DNA of 64,000 bases from a virus (lineage: Duplodnaviria > Caudoviricetes): the IMG/VR virus record IMGVR_UViG_3300032312_001958. One strand, given 5' to 3'. Under the pieces are notes generated by a model that had not been told where the DNA came from, did no database searches, and saw nothing but the letters and a program-made list of their open reading frames with translations. The position numbers and the translations under genes are program-made. Shown piece after piece: positions 29,930-40,131 of this stretch (the stretch's first letter is position 1; each line of letters begins with the position of its first letter).

Positions 29930-30525
29930 ATCCCTGTACTCCCAAACCCGTTTTCTCCACGGTCTTTATCATTTATTTTTTCAACCTTAACTAAATTAAC
30001 ATTTCTGCCGGGGTAACATTTTGACAAAACTGCCTGAGCAATTTTCATACCCTTATTTATTTTAAACTGTTCTTTATTTGTGTTAAAAATTATGACCTGA
30101 ACTTCACCAGTATAACCCTCGTCAACAGTTCCAGGACTATTAAGTACCATTAGACCTTGTTTAAGTGCCAAGCCACTTTTAGACCTTACTTGAATCTCAA
30201 AACCTTCAGGAATTTCAAATCTAATTCCGGTAGGTACCAAAGACCTACCAAATCCTTCTATCAAAATATCCTGAGTTGAATATAAATCAAATCCACTATC
30301 TGAAATGTAATTATAATTTAAATCTAAATTAGACTCAGAAGAATACGACAAATCAACTTTATTCATTGATTCTGCCATATGATTTTCAAAATCTTTTAAG
30401 TCAATACCATAATCATCATAAATCTGTTTATATAAATTTATATCTGATTCTTTATCTAAAGAATCTTGAATTTTTTTCATTTCTTTATACAAATCAAAAT
30501 CCTCGTCGTTAATATCTAAACTCAT
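29926..30525 (-). CDS. dut: dUTPase (trimeric)
   Basis: SGFDL, RSKSGLA, PGTVDEGYTGE, RGENGFGSTG. Confidence 0.96.
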   Translation of the reverse strand: MSLDINDEDFDLYKEMKKIQDSLDKESDINLYKQIYDDYGIDLKDFENHMAESMNKVDLSYSSESNLDLNYNYISDSGFDLYSTQDILIEGFGRSLVPTGIRFEIPEGFEIQVRSKSGLALKQGLMVLNSPGTVDEGYTGEVQVIIFNTNKEQFKINKGMKIAQAVLSKCYPGRNVNLVKVEKINDKDRGENGFGSTGI

Positions 30526-31223
30526 TTTAAATTTTTAATTTTTTTAACAACATTTATTAATACCTCAACGTCTTTTTCACAATAATCTTGTATTTCTTGG
30601 TATTTGTTTTCATTCCAAAAATAATAATGTACTTTATTTCCGGTCACTTCCATATTTTTAGAAGATTCGACCCCTAAAGAAATGCACATTAATTCTAAAG
30701 AACTAATTGCTCCAAATTGACCAAACTGCCAAATATCTTTAGTGTCAACCGCTTTAATTTCCCATGGCTTAGTATCGGGAGTTGGTAAAATTGATGATGG
30801 TAATATACCATTAATAATCATTCTTTTACCTAACACAGGAATATCAAAATTTTTGATGTTATGACCACAAAGTACAAACCCTAATTTGTCAACACGATTT
30901 AATAGTGTGTTTACATCCTTCAATAGTTGAGTTTCATCTGAATTAAAAAAAGTTTGTTTTTTAATTGTGTCATCAGGTCCTACAAATCCTACTGAAACAC
31001 AAATTATTTTACAAAATTCAGGTACTAAAGCAGCTCGGTTAACAAATATATCTTCTTTTGATTTATCTGAATCTTCAGTAAATCTTTTTTGAAACCAATC
31101 TAAATAATTATCAAATTGATAACAAAGAGACGGGTAGTCTCTTTTGAAAGTATCGTAATTACTTGAAACCCCGACAGTCTCAATATCTATAAATAATAGT
31201 TTGTTTAATGGGTACTGTATCAT
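30522..31223 (-). CDS. Stand-alone PolB-type 3'-5' exonuclease
   Basis: FIDIET, GHNIKNFDIP, YCEKDV (DEDDy). Confidence 0.88.
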   Translation of the reverse strand: MIQYPLNKLLFIDIETVGVSSNYDTFKRDYPSLCYQFDNYLDWFQKRFTEDSDKSKEDIFVNRAALVPEFCKIICVSVGFVGPDDTIKKQTFFNSDETQLLKDVNTLLNRVDKLGFVLCGHNIKNFDIPVLGKRMIINGILPSSILPTPDTKPWEIKAVDTKDIWQFGQFGAISSLELMCISLGVESSKNMEVTGNKVHYYFWNENKYQEIQDYCEKDVEVLINVVKKIKNLK

Positions 31224-31226
31224 AAA

Positions 31227-32444
31227 TTATTTTAATAAACTGAAATAAAGTTCTTTTCTATCTTTTGTTACGTTATTTAAATCGTATGTTTTTGAAACTG
31301 TCTCGTATAATCTTTCACCTAAATCAACAATCATATTTGGATTATCGACTAATTTTTTGATGTGTTTTGACCAATCAGAATGGTTACGAGTCTCTTCAAC
31401 CAATAAAGCATTACCGTCAACAAATTCACCATTTTTAAGAGCGTGTTTTAAATCAATTGTGTAAGGACCAATATTAGATGCGATTAAAGCTTTCTTATAG
31501 AACCCTGCTTCAATAACCTTCAACTGTGACTTAACTCTATTAAAAATATGGTTTTTAATTGGCGCTAAAGATATATCAAATTTAGAATAATTCTTAGCAT
31601 AAGATGTTGTTGGTAAGGTCCAAACTCTTCTATAACCCTCATTTAATTCGTTGAAGTAAGACTCATCTTTGAATTTCATAAGATGTGTTTTATACTCATC
31701 ACCTACAGTCTTATAATTGTTTGTGAAAATTTCTTCATATTTCACCCAAACTGTTTCGTCAGGTCTAATAGGTCTGACTTTTTTCTCACCTGTGTCTTTA
31801 TTATACTCGGTCATACTACCACGTGTGTCAAATCCGCACAAGACATATTGAATTTTATCATTTAAACTACCTAATTTACTTACCATTCCGTCTAAAAGAT
31901 ATAAGTCATGTAAGTGAGATGAACCTCCAAGCCACCCAACTCTGATTCTGTCCGATTCTAAAGTTTTTTCTTTAAACTGTGGTTCATTAGGGTCAATTGC
32001 GTTTGGTAATACTGAAACATTTTTATTTACTTTAGATACCTCAGATGCAAATACTGAAGTAGTTGTTGTTACATGTTTTGCAGCTCTTATCTGAGCAATA
32101 ATTTTCTCATTTATTTTTTCTTGAAGAATAATAGTGTGTAGAGGATGTTCTTTTGTTGGTAACCAATAGTCGTCAATGTCACAAATAGTTACCACACCTT
32201 GTTTATTAAGTTTTTCAATCAACTCAACTGATTTTTCATAATCTTGACCAATTAGTCTATGAAAATGTACTATATCGTACTTTTGCCAAAATTTATCATC
32301 ATCGTAATTAATATCAAATTCTATATCTACATGAACTTCATTTGGATACAATTTTTGAAGACATACGTGAGGGTCAATCGACCTAAATTTACCTACACCA
32401 CTTCTATCTGAAGGTAATACTAAAATATTAATTTTTTTACTCAT
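31227..32444 (-). CDS. Glycosyltransferase, GT4-like
   Basis: DIDDYW, GWLGGSSH, DISLAP, KSQLKVIEAG. ATG at 32444 preferred. Confidence 0.82.
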   Translation of the reverse strand: MSKKINILVLPSDRSGVGKFRSIDPHVCLQKLYPNEVHVDIEFDINYDDDKFWQKYDIVHFHRLIGQDYEKSVELIEKLNKQGVVTICDIDDYWLPTKEHPLHTIILQEKINEKIIAQIRAAKHVTTTTSVFASEVSKVNKNVSVLPNAIDPNEPQFKEKTLESDRIRVGWLGGSSHLHDLYLLDGMVSKLGSLNDKIQYVLCGFDTRGSMTEYNKDTGEKKVRPIRPDETVWVKYEEIFTNNYKTVGDEYKTHLMKFKDESYFNELNEGYRRVWTLPTTSYAKNYSKFDISLAPIKNHIFNRVKSQLKVIEAGFYKKALIASNIGPYTIDLKHALKNGEFVDGNALLVEETRNHSDWSKHIKKLVDNPNMIVDLGERLYETVSKTYDLNNVTKDRKELYFSLLK

Positions 32445-32451
32445 AGAAACA

Positions 32452-32480
32452 ATTATAGTTATTAAACTATAACATTTCAA
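32452..32480 (-). promoter_or_regulatory. Sigma70-like promoter heading the glyco/nucleotide operon
   Basis: TTGAAA-N17-TATAAT, 7 nt before the ATG at 32444. Confidence 0.6.
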
Positions 32481-32492
32481 CCCATAAGAAAT

Positions 32493-32516
32493 AAAAAACC
32501 CTACCGAAGTAGGGTT
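32493..32516 (-). terminator. Terminator with C(UUCG)G tetraloop
   Basis: Minus strand aaccctac-ttcg-gtagggtt followed by tttt. Confidence 0.88.
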
Positions 32517-32520
32517 ATTT

Positions 32521-33102
32521 TTATTTTAGTTTTTTAATTTTGGTTATCTTACCTTCAAAAATGTGGTCACCAACTTTTATTTGGACCGATTGTTGTGATT
32601 TTTGTTCACTTTCATGAATTATACCTTTTTCAGTTAGAACTTCAGTCACTACTTCTTTTAACATTTTTCTCAAATCTGAATTAATAGGTTGTTGTGGTAC
32701 AGTTTGTTTCTTTTGGTTTACTGTTTCAACAATGGTTTCCTTACCCTGATTCATTAGTCTTGCTGCCTTTTCAATGATTTCATTAGATATTGTTGGAGTA
32801 TTTTGTTGAGGTTGTTGTATAGGATGTTCAATCATTAATTGTTTTATTGCGTCAGGTAATTTAGAGTTTAAAATTTTATCTTTTGTGTTGGTAAATTGTT
32901 TGGTCTGAACAGGTTTGTTTTCAACCATCAAATCTTGAGGTATATTATATTTTGCTTGAGGTGCGCTAAACTCTTCGACACCTACTGGTGATTCCGAATA
33001 GTTTGATTCATTTATAGAGCTAACTTCTCCTCGTTTAATGTTATCACTCTTATCCATGATTTTTTTAGAAATCATGAGTTTTTGTATTAAATCTTCTGTC
33101 AT
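32521..33102 (-). CDS. Hypothetical protein
   Basis: 193-aa ORF containing NSKLPDAIK. Confidence 0.65.
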   Translation of the reverse strand: MTEDLIQKLMISKKIMDKSDNIKRGEVSSINESNYSESPVGVEEFSAPQAKYNIPQDLMVENKPVQTKQFTNTKDKILNSKLPDAIKQLMIEHPIQQPQQNTPTISNEIIEKAARLMNQGKETIVETVNQKKQTVPQQPINSDLRKMLKEVVTEVLTEKGIIHESEQKSQQSVQIKVGDHIFEGKITKIKKLK

Positions 33103-33112
33103 AATTTTTATA

Positions 33113-33496
33113 TTAAGTAAACTTTGCTAAAATGTCAATTGATACCATTCTTTTATCTCCATTTGGATTAAACCCAGGTCTAACCTCTGAGAATTCTTCT
33201 TCTGTTGGGCTTACACTTAAAATATCTTTAACTTTAAAATACCTCCAACCTGGCATAGGTCTTTTTCTTAAAAATCCTCTATGTGAGGCACCTTCTCTTT
33301 CCCAAGCGCATAATACTTGGTTACCTTTTTTATTGATTCCTAAACAAACAGGTTCAATCACTCTAATACCTTTACCACCAGGTTCATCACCATTATAAGT
33401 AATATATATTACTTTACGTTGTGATACTGCGTCCCTTATATCACGTAAAGTAACAGTCTCTAATAATAGTGATTTAAATGATTCTAATAACTTCAT
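33113..33496 (-). CDS. Stand-alone WYL-domain-like protein
   Basis: V.ItY...R.IEP..LG...L.AW...WRyFkv..I fits the WYL pattern. Confidence 0.7.
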   Translation of the reverse strand: MKLLESFKSLLLETVTLRDIRDAVSQRKVIYITYNGDEPGGKGIRVIEPVCLGINKKGNQVLCAWEREGASHRGFLRKRPMPGWRYFKVKDILSVSPTEEEFSEVRPGFNPNGDKRMVSIDILAKFT

Positions 33497-33798
33497 TATA
33501 CTGATGGGGTAGTGTAAGGAACTTGTGCTTTATAGTAATTAATTGCAATTTCTGAAGCTCTTTCTTGTACATCTTTATTATTACCTGCGATAAAATCATA
33601 CGCATTTAATAAACCGTCGGTTCCTGTACCTTTACCCTGAGCGTCTCCTGTCGCTAACGCGTCAGGATGCGTTGAGCTATACGGATTTGTTTGGAAATAA
33701 TCATTAGTCGGAATTAAAGCTCCTCTTTGTTGAACACCAACTTGACCTAATTGGTTTAATTGTTGTTGCTCGAAATTAATTGGAATGTAACTTGGCAT
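33496..33798 (-). CDS. Hypothetical small (structural?) protein
   Basis: YSSTHPDALATGDAQGKGTG. Confidence 0.6.
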   Translation of the reverse strand: MPSYIPINFEQQQLNQLGQVGVQQRGALIPTNDYFQTNPYSSTHPDALATGDAQGKGTGTDGLLNAYDFIAGNNKDVQERASEIAINYYKAQVPYTTPSV

Positions 33799-33802
33799 AA
33801 TT

Positions 33803-34267
33803 TTAAATTATTATTTTTATTATTTCGTTTATTCTTTCGATATCTTCAAATATTGAAGATGCGTGTTTAAAACTTGTTTTTTTGTGACTCAAAGATGGTC
33901 TAACACCATTCAATGGGTTTTTAGTATGGGTTTTTATAAAAGAATTAGATAAACCTGAGTCCATTCTATGTTTTTTAGAAGTTTTAAGTGATTGTCTATC
34001 TTGGTTTAATATCATATTAACCCAATTTTTCATTCTATCTCCACCCATTAATTCATATCTTTCTTTACTTAAATTTCCACTTTCAAATTTGTTTTTATAA
34101 TTTTTTAAAAGTTGATATGATATTTTTTTATTGTTTCTTAAATTTATATTTTTTTTATAACCTGAAGTATTATAAAACCTAGTACTATGCTCATCAAACC
34201 CTTTTTGTAAAGATTCAATAACATCACTTGGGATATCGTACTCTTTATTATATAAATCTTTATTCAT
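33803..34267 (-). CDS. Hypothetical basic protein
   Basis: ORF within the operon. Confidence 0.6.
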   Translation of the reverse strand: MNKDLYNKEYDIPSDVIESLQKGFDEHSTRFYNTSGYKKNINLRNNKKISYQLLKNYKNKFESGNLSKERYELMGGDRMKNWVNMILNQDRQSLKTSKKHRMDSGLSNSFIKTHTKNPLNGVRPSLSHKKTSFKHASSIFEDIERINEIIKIII

Positions 34268-35120
34268 CCTTTTTTATCATCTTAACTAATTCACCTAAAC
34301 TAATCCCTTCTTTATCCGCCATCTTTTTTAAAGATTTTAGATTATTTAAAAAAGTTTTAGACATTTTAGTTTCTTTTTTTGTTATATCTGAATCTTTTTT
34401 ATTTTTTTGTACCAAAATATCCTCAATTAATTTCCTAGCATCCTCATTCCTTTTTTCTTCAATTTTCCTTTTTTCAAAAAGATTAAAAGTCCCAATAAAA
34501 GATTTTTTATTTTTAATTTTATTAGGAGTATTTGTTTCTTTTTTATCTTTTATGTCTTTACCAAATTTTTCAGTTCTGTCTTTCGCGTCTTCAGGTTCCA
34601 TCCCCATGTTTTTTACAAGATATTTGAATGTTTTCTTACCATCCATATTTTTAGTTTCATCCCAACCAAACGCACCATCCATATCAATTTCAAGTATAGG
34701 TCCATCCTCAATAGACTCTCCATAATAAACTCGATAACCTCTTGTTACAGGATTATTGGTTTGTCTTGTCGCCACAACTTCTTGGTCAGTAGTTTTAATT
34801 GGTGAAAGTTTTGGATTAATAATTGGAATTTTTGAACTTAAAAATGTTCCATCATAATCAACTAATTCTCCAATTTCCCCTTTAAAATTTTTTAAATGAG
34901 ATTTCATCTCATCTGTATTTTTAAATTTTTTTACTTTTTGAATTTTTTTAATTTCTTGTTTTACTTTTGGTAAATTTTTCTTTTCAAACAATATAACTTT
35001 ATCGTTTTTTCTGGCCTCACTTAAAGTATTTGAAACTGAATAATATAACGCAATATCATCTTCTCTTTCCTTTAAAAAGAAATAATAATTGTTAGAAAAA
35101 GTCTCAATTTTATTATTCAT
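34260..35120 (-). CDS. Hypothetical K/E-rich protein
   Basis: ATG at 35120 (MNNKIETF) lies downstream of a TATTTAT motif. Confidence 0.6.
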   Translation of the reverse strand: MNNKIETFSNNYYFFLKEREDDIALYYSVSNTLSEARKNDKVILFEKKNLPKVKQEIKKIQKVKKFKNTDEMKSHLKNFKGEIGELVDYDGTFLSSKIPIINPKLSPIKTTDQEVVATRQTNNPVTRGYRVYYGESIEDGPILEIDMDGAFGWDETKNMDGKKTFKYLVKNMGMEPEDAKDRTEKFGKDIKDKKETNTPNKIKNKKSFIGTFNLFEKRKIEEKRNEDARKLIEDILVQKNKKDSDITKKETKMSKTFLNNLKSLKKMADKEGISLGELVKMIKKDE

Positions 35121-35165
35121 AATGTTTTTACCTATAAATACTTTGATTATTGTATTTATTAAAAG

Positions 35166-38126
35166 ATGAGTCAACAGAATATTAATCAATATGTCTTTAA
35201 CAAATGGAAATTAAACCCAAGTTGGAATAATTTGGATATGTCATTGGCGTCCGATGAAACAGATTTTAATGAGGAAGTTGTTTTTTCAACTCAATTAATT
35301 GGAATAAATAATGGTAATAGATTACCAATTTATTTTGATTTAAATAATTCAAATTCGTCCCAAAAACCTACCCTTAATTATGGGGACTATCTTACAGGTA
35401 ATACTTTAGTATCATTAAATTATTATAATCCAAATAATGAAAATTTATCTTGTTTTACAGGTGATAGTTTATGTGATATAGGTTTAACAGGTATTGATAA
35501 TGGATTAGTTCCTGAAATGTCAGGTGAGACAATATATTTTAGTATGGGGTTATATACAGGTACCACAAAATGGGACAGGTATCACTTTGACAGAAGGACT
35601 AAATTAATACCAATAAAATCGTATACTACAAATACTAATCGTTTTTCAGGTAATACAAAAGAAACAATTTATAATATTGTATCAAAAACTGGTGATACAA
35701 CAGGAGTTTATAATCAACTATATGGTGGGTTTAACCAAGGATTTTTTAAATTATTTGGATATGATTATGAAACATTTCCAAATAGATGTAATAAAGGATG
35801 GTCAGTTGAGATGTTACTACGAGCAAGACAGGAGGACCAGTTTTACCCAACATCTGCAGAAACCACATTAAATTTAACATATTCAGGTAACGAAAATACC
35901 TTTTTTTATTTGGGGACAAGAGCTGAAAATAAATTCTATCATCACGCGTCTGGGTCACCTGAATCTGATTCAGGGTACACAAGAGTTACTGAAGTATTAT
36001 CAGAATGTTTAAAAACATGTGCTTGTTCAAACTCTGGAGTAACAAACTCAAGATGTTTAGATGATATATATGAACCATTAGTTTATACTTCACAACATAA
36101 TGTAAATTGTAATTGTGGATGTTCGGAAAATGTAGTTGTAAATCCGGATAAAGACCCATTACTTGACTCAATGTCAAATACATTTTCATTAAGACTATCA
36201 GGTGACACTAAAAATCCGATAGTCTGTGTGAAAGTTTTAAAATTTACAGGAGGTTGCGAGACTACAGGTAGTTGTGAAACAACAGGTATAACATATACCA
36301 CGGGATACACAATAAGTGAGTATTGTTCAACTAATAGGATATTTGAATATTGTGCTAGTAGTACTGATTATATCAACAAAGAACATTGGTTTTTAATTGA
36401 TTGTGTTTGGGAAAGAAACTCGTATTTTGACACTTGTGATTTATTATATCGTGGAGGTTTAGATTCAATAACAAATACATATTATGTAAACTCTTTAGCC
36501 GGTAATTCTGTTAGTTTAATTACCGTACCATATACCCAATCAGGAGCAACTCCGGCAGAACAAGTTGAGATTGTTAATCTAAATGAGGAATGGTTAATTG
36601 AGAAGGATTATAGGCTAGGGTCTTTAAAAATATATGTTAATGGTCGATTGTTTTATGTAATTAATGGATTTGAAGAAGTAATACCTCGAGGTTTAAATAC
36701 TGAAAAAGAAAAACAAATTGGGGTTCCATTTAATATTTCATGGGGAGGGGGAACACAAGGATTGAGAGAAAGTTTAACGTTTAAATCTTGTTCACCTAGT
36801 GATTTTATTTCAGGATTATATGTTAATGACTTTAACACCATTCTTGGAAATAGTAATGAAGAAAATTTGTTAAAGTCATTTGTTGATACCCATAATTTTA
36901 ATACGGTATATTATTATGATTTAACTGGAATTTTAGATAATAATATACAAATAGATAACTTAAAAAGTTTTAACACGTCAATCAGATTATCCGGAGTAAC
37001 GACAATTGGAGGTATTGGGGGTAGTTACCAAACATTAGCGGGTTCGGGGACGACAGGTAATAATTCAAGATTATATTATAATACGGGATGTACTGAAGAT
37101 AGTCAGAAATTTGATGTGTTAAATTTGGAAAATGAGTTTTGGAATTATAACAATCCTGGAACTGTTGATTTCGCAACTTACTATGGATATTTACAATCAG
37201 TAAATTCATCAACAACATTAACTTTTGATTCATATATTGGTCAAATTGATGACCCAACTTCAGCTTATACCCCAACACAAATTGCATCTAATTTAGTTTC
37301 AGAATTAGATAGAATATTGGTCGCATGTTACATTACAACTAATCAATTCACAGGGTCAACTAACTATGGGTTGAATACAGTTGATGAGGAATTAATACTA
37401 ATTGGTGACGCCGCTATAAGTCAAAATAAAGTTCAGGATGTGATTATTATATTCCATGGAGGTAATTCATACATGTATAATTATTTTAATGAATTTGGTT
37501 TCCAAGAAGCGTTCAATAATTTCAAAGAATCGTATGACAACTGGAATAACTCTTCCAAATTAGGTATTAATCTTAAAGGGTATTTTATTTATGGTTATCA
37601 ACAAGTTAAGAATATTACACAAGTAAGTTCAGGGTCAAGTATTGGTTATTTTGAATATCAACAAGACCCTGAATGTATGCCAAATCAAACATTATCTGGA
37701 ACATCATTGTCCGCATTAACGACTAACATATATATTGAACCTCAATTTGGGGGGTCATTTGATGGCGCAATTTCACAATTTAGAATGTATACCGAACCAT
37801 TAACATACCCTGAAGTAGTTCATAATTTTGACATACTTAAAGGTCAATGGGAATTGTTTGACTATAAATGTCCTAGTTGTTCTGATATTGTAATTAATGA
37901 TATAATCGGAACTCAATCCGGTACGGATATTATTTTTAGTTCAGAGTTTTTCTCAGGAAATACATTTAATTTATATTATTACAAAGATTCGGGAGAACCA
38001 AGATATGTTGTTACTGAAAATGAAACTTTTCCGTATACCATGGACACAACTTTGGTCCCAAATTGCTGTGGTAATAATTTTTATTTTTATATTATAGAAT
38101 TAGACCAAACATTCCTTTACACATAA
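35166..38126 (+). CDS. Large virion protein, LamG/concanavalin-like fold with an inserted domain
   Basis: GWSVEMLL, LKIYVNG, FDGAISQFRMY (LamG-like elements), Cys-rich patches, late motif upstream. Confidence 0.6.
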   Translation: MSQQNINQYVFNKWKLNPSWNNLDMSLASDETDFNEEVVFSTQLIGINNGNRLPIYFDLNNSNSSQKPTLNYGDYLTGNTLVSLNYYNPNNENLSCFTGDSLCDIGLTGIDNGLVPEMSGETIYFSMGLYTGTTKWDRYHFDRRTKLIPIKSYTTNTNRFSGNTKETIYNIVSKTGDTTGVYNQLYGGFNQGFFKLFGYDYETFPNRCNKGWSVEMLLRARQEDQFYPTSAETTLNLTYSGNENTFFYLGTRAENKFYHHASGSPESDSGYTRVTEVLSECLKTCACSNSGVTNSRCLDDIYEPLVYTSQHNVNCNCGCSENVVVNPDKDPLLDSMSNTFSLRLSGDTKNPIVCVKVLKFTGGCETTGSCETTGITYTTGYTISEYCSTNRIFEYCASSTDYINKEHWFLIDCVWERNSYFDTCDLLYRGGLDSITNTYYVNSLAGNSVSLITVPYTQSGATPAEQVEIVNLNEEWLIEKDYRLGSLKIYVNGRLFYVINGFEEVIPRGLNTEKEKQIGVPFNISWGGGTQGLRESLTFKSCSPSDFISGLYVNDFNTILGNSNEENLLKSFVDTHNFNTVYYYDLTGILDNNIQIDNLKSFNTSIRLSGVTTIGGIGGSYQTLAGSGTTGNNSRLYYNTGCTEDSQKFDVLNLENEFWNYNNPGTVDFATYYGYLQSVNSSTTLTFDSYIGQIDDPTSAYTPTQIASNLVSELDRILVACYITTNQFTGSTNYGLNTVDEELILIGDAAISQNKVQDVIIIFHGGNSYMYNYFNEFGFQEAFNNFKESYDNWNNSSKLGINLKGYFIYGYQQVKNITQVSSGSSIGYFEYQQDPECMPNQTLSGTSLSALTTNIYIEPQFGGSFDGAISQFRMYTEPLTYPEVVHNFDILKGQWELFDYKCPSCSDIVINDIIGTQSGTDIIFSSEFFSGNTFNLYYYKDSGEPRYVVTENETFPYTMDTTLVPNCCGNNFYFYIIELDQTFLYT

Positions 38127-38161
38127 TTTAATTGTAGTATTTTTTGGATAAAAATATTAAT

Positions 38162-39406
38162 ATGAAAATTTTTATCCAAATTGCGTCTTATCGAGACCCA
38201 CAATTAATACCAACAATTAAGTCCGCATTAGAAAATGCTAAACATCCTGAAAATTTAGTTTTTGCAATCGCAAGACAATTTTACCATGAAGATGGGTTTG
38301 ATAATTTAGACGAATACAGAAATGATGATAGATTTAGAATTTTAGATATACCTTATGAGGAATCAAAAGGTGCATGTTGGGCTAGAAATCAAATACAACA
38401 ACTTTATCAAAAAGAAGAGTACACTCTTCAAATAGATTCTCATATGAGATTTGCGGAAAATTGGGATGTTGAAATGATTGGGATGATTAAACAATTACAA
38501 AAGAAAGGACATAAAAAACCTTTATTAACAGGATACGTACCATCCTTTGACCCTGATGATGACCCTAACTCAAGAGTAATGGAACCATGGAGAATGGTAT
38601 TTGATAGGTTTATACCTGAAGGTGCTGTGTTTTTCTTACCTGAGGTAATACCTGGATGGCAAAATATGACAGAACCAGTACCTGCAAGATTTTATTCTGC
38701 ACATTATTGTTTTACTTTAGGTAAATTTTCAAAAGAAGTTCAACACGACCCTGAATTTTATTTTCATGGGGAAGAAATATCAATTGCCGCTAGAGCTTAT
38801 ACCCATGGATATGATTTATTTCATATCCATAAAATTTTAATTTGGCATGAATATACAAGAAAGGGTAGAACTAAACAATGGGATGATGATAAAGATTGGG
38901 TGAGTAAAAATGATTATTGTCACAAGAAAAATAGGAGTTTATTTGGGATGGATGGTGAAGAACCAATGAACCATGGAAAGTATGGATTTGGTAAAAAAAG
39001 AAGTTTAAAAGACTATGAAAAATATTCAGGATTACTTTTTTCCAAACGAGCCATCCAACAATGGACAATAGATAAAAACTATCCTCCTAATCCGTATAAT
39101 TTTAATACTGAAGAAGAATGGATGAATTCGTTCTCATCAATATTTAAACATTGTATTGATTTACAATATTCACAAGTACCTGAAAAAGATTACGATTTTT
39201 GGGTTGTTGCATTTCATGATGAAAATGATGAAACACTCTTTAGAAAAGATGCCGATAAATCTGAAATTAATCGTATGATGAATGACCCAGATGGTTACGT
39301 TAAAGTATGGAGAGAATTCAATATGGTTAAACAACCAAAATATTGGGTAGTTTGGCCTCATTCTGAATCAAAGGATTGGTGTGAAAGAATATCAGGTAAT
39401 TTATAA
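38162..39406 (+). CDS. GT60/Gnt1-like polypeptide GlcNAc-transferase
   Basis: IFIQIASYRD, SKGACWAR, LQIDSHMRF..NWD, FHGEE...RAYTHGYD. ATG at 38162 preferred. Confidence 0.82.
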   Translation: MKIFIQIASYRDPQLIPTIKSALENAKHPENLVFAIARQFYHEDGFDNLDEYRNDDRFRILDIPYEESKGACWARNQIQQLYQKEEYTLQIDSHMRFAENWDVEMIGMIKQLQKKGHKKPLLTGYVPSFDPDDDPNSRVMEPWRMVFDRFIPEGAVFFLPEVIPGWQNMTEPVPARFYSAHYCFTLGKFSKEVQHDPEFYFHGEEISIAARAYTHGYDLFHIHKILIWHEYTRKGRTKQWDDDKDWVSKNDYCHKKNRSLFGMDGEEPMNHGKYGFGKKRSLKDYEKYSGLLFSKRAIQQWTIDKNYPPNPYNFNTEEEWMNSFSSIFKHCIDLQYSQVPEKDYDFWVVAFHDENDETLFRKDADKSEINRMMNDPDGYVKVWREFNMVKQPKYWVVWPHSESKDWCERISGNL

Positions 39407-39409
39407 AAA

Positions 39410-39481
39410 ATGAATAAAGTTATAAAGTACTGGAATAAGGATTTAGTTTCCCAACATATTACTGACAAAATAAATTTTTAA
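39410..39481 (+). pseudogene. 23-aa mini-ORF or collapsed gene
   Basis: MNKVIKYWNKDLVSQHITDKINF* fills the intergenic gap with operon-like spacing. Confidence 0.4.
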
Positions 39482-39492
39482 TACTTAAAATT

Positions 39493-40131
39493 ATGAAAAA
39501 AATAATTAGTTTTTCTTTATACGGTAATGACCCAAAGTATACTTTTGGGGCTTTATGTAATGCTGAATTAAGAAAAGAAATTTATCCTGATTGGATTTGT
39601 AGATTTTATTGTGGAACAAGTGTTCCTCAAGAAATAATAGAAAATCTTTTAAATTATAGTAATACTGAAGTAATTATGATGGACGAGACTCAAAAATATT
39701 CATTTAGAATGTGGAGATATTTACCAATGATTGATAAAGAAGTATCTATATTTTTATCTAGAGACGCCGATTCAAGACTATCATTCAGAGAAAAAAAATG
39801 TGTCGATATTTTTATAGAATCGGATAGTTTAATACATTCAATACAGGATAATTTTAATCACCCTGATTTTATGGCAGGTATGTGGGCAATGAAAAAAAGT
39901 ATTGATATTGACCTAATTAGACTATTTGAGGAGTGGGGAGAAGAAAAAACCTACGACTCTGACCAACTTTTTTTAAGAGAGAAAATTGTACCTTTATTTG
40001 GTGATAAAAAATTAATTCATTGCTCAACATTTGATAAAACATTCCCAAATGTTGATGAAACTAATCATTTTGTAGGTGAGGTTTTTCCTTGGGATAATCA
40101 TGGTAGACCTAAAAATTATATTTTTTATTGA
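39493..40131 (+). CDS. Putative GT-A glycosyltransferase-like protein
   Basis: IISFSLYG, MWRYLP, SRDADSR (DxD), AGMW, DQLFL. Confidence 0.6.
   Translation: MKKIISFSLYGNDPKYTFGALCNAELRKEIYPDWICRFYCGTSVPQEIIENLLNYSNTEVIMMDETQKYSFRMWRYLPMIDKEVSIFLSRDADSRLSFREKKCVDIFIESDSLIHSIQDNFNHPDFMAGMWAMKKSIDIDLIRLFEEWGEEKTYDSDQLFLREKIVPLFGDKKLIHCSTFDKTFPNVDETNHFVGEVFPWDNHGRPKNYIFY

Noticed and set aside
15531-32444. Bacterial LPS/capsule locus or host contamination
   Set aside because: The block is contiguous and interleaved with phage genes, shows similar composition and GATC avoidance, and lacks export or polymerase genes.
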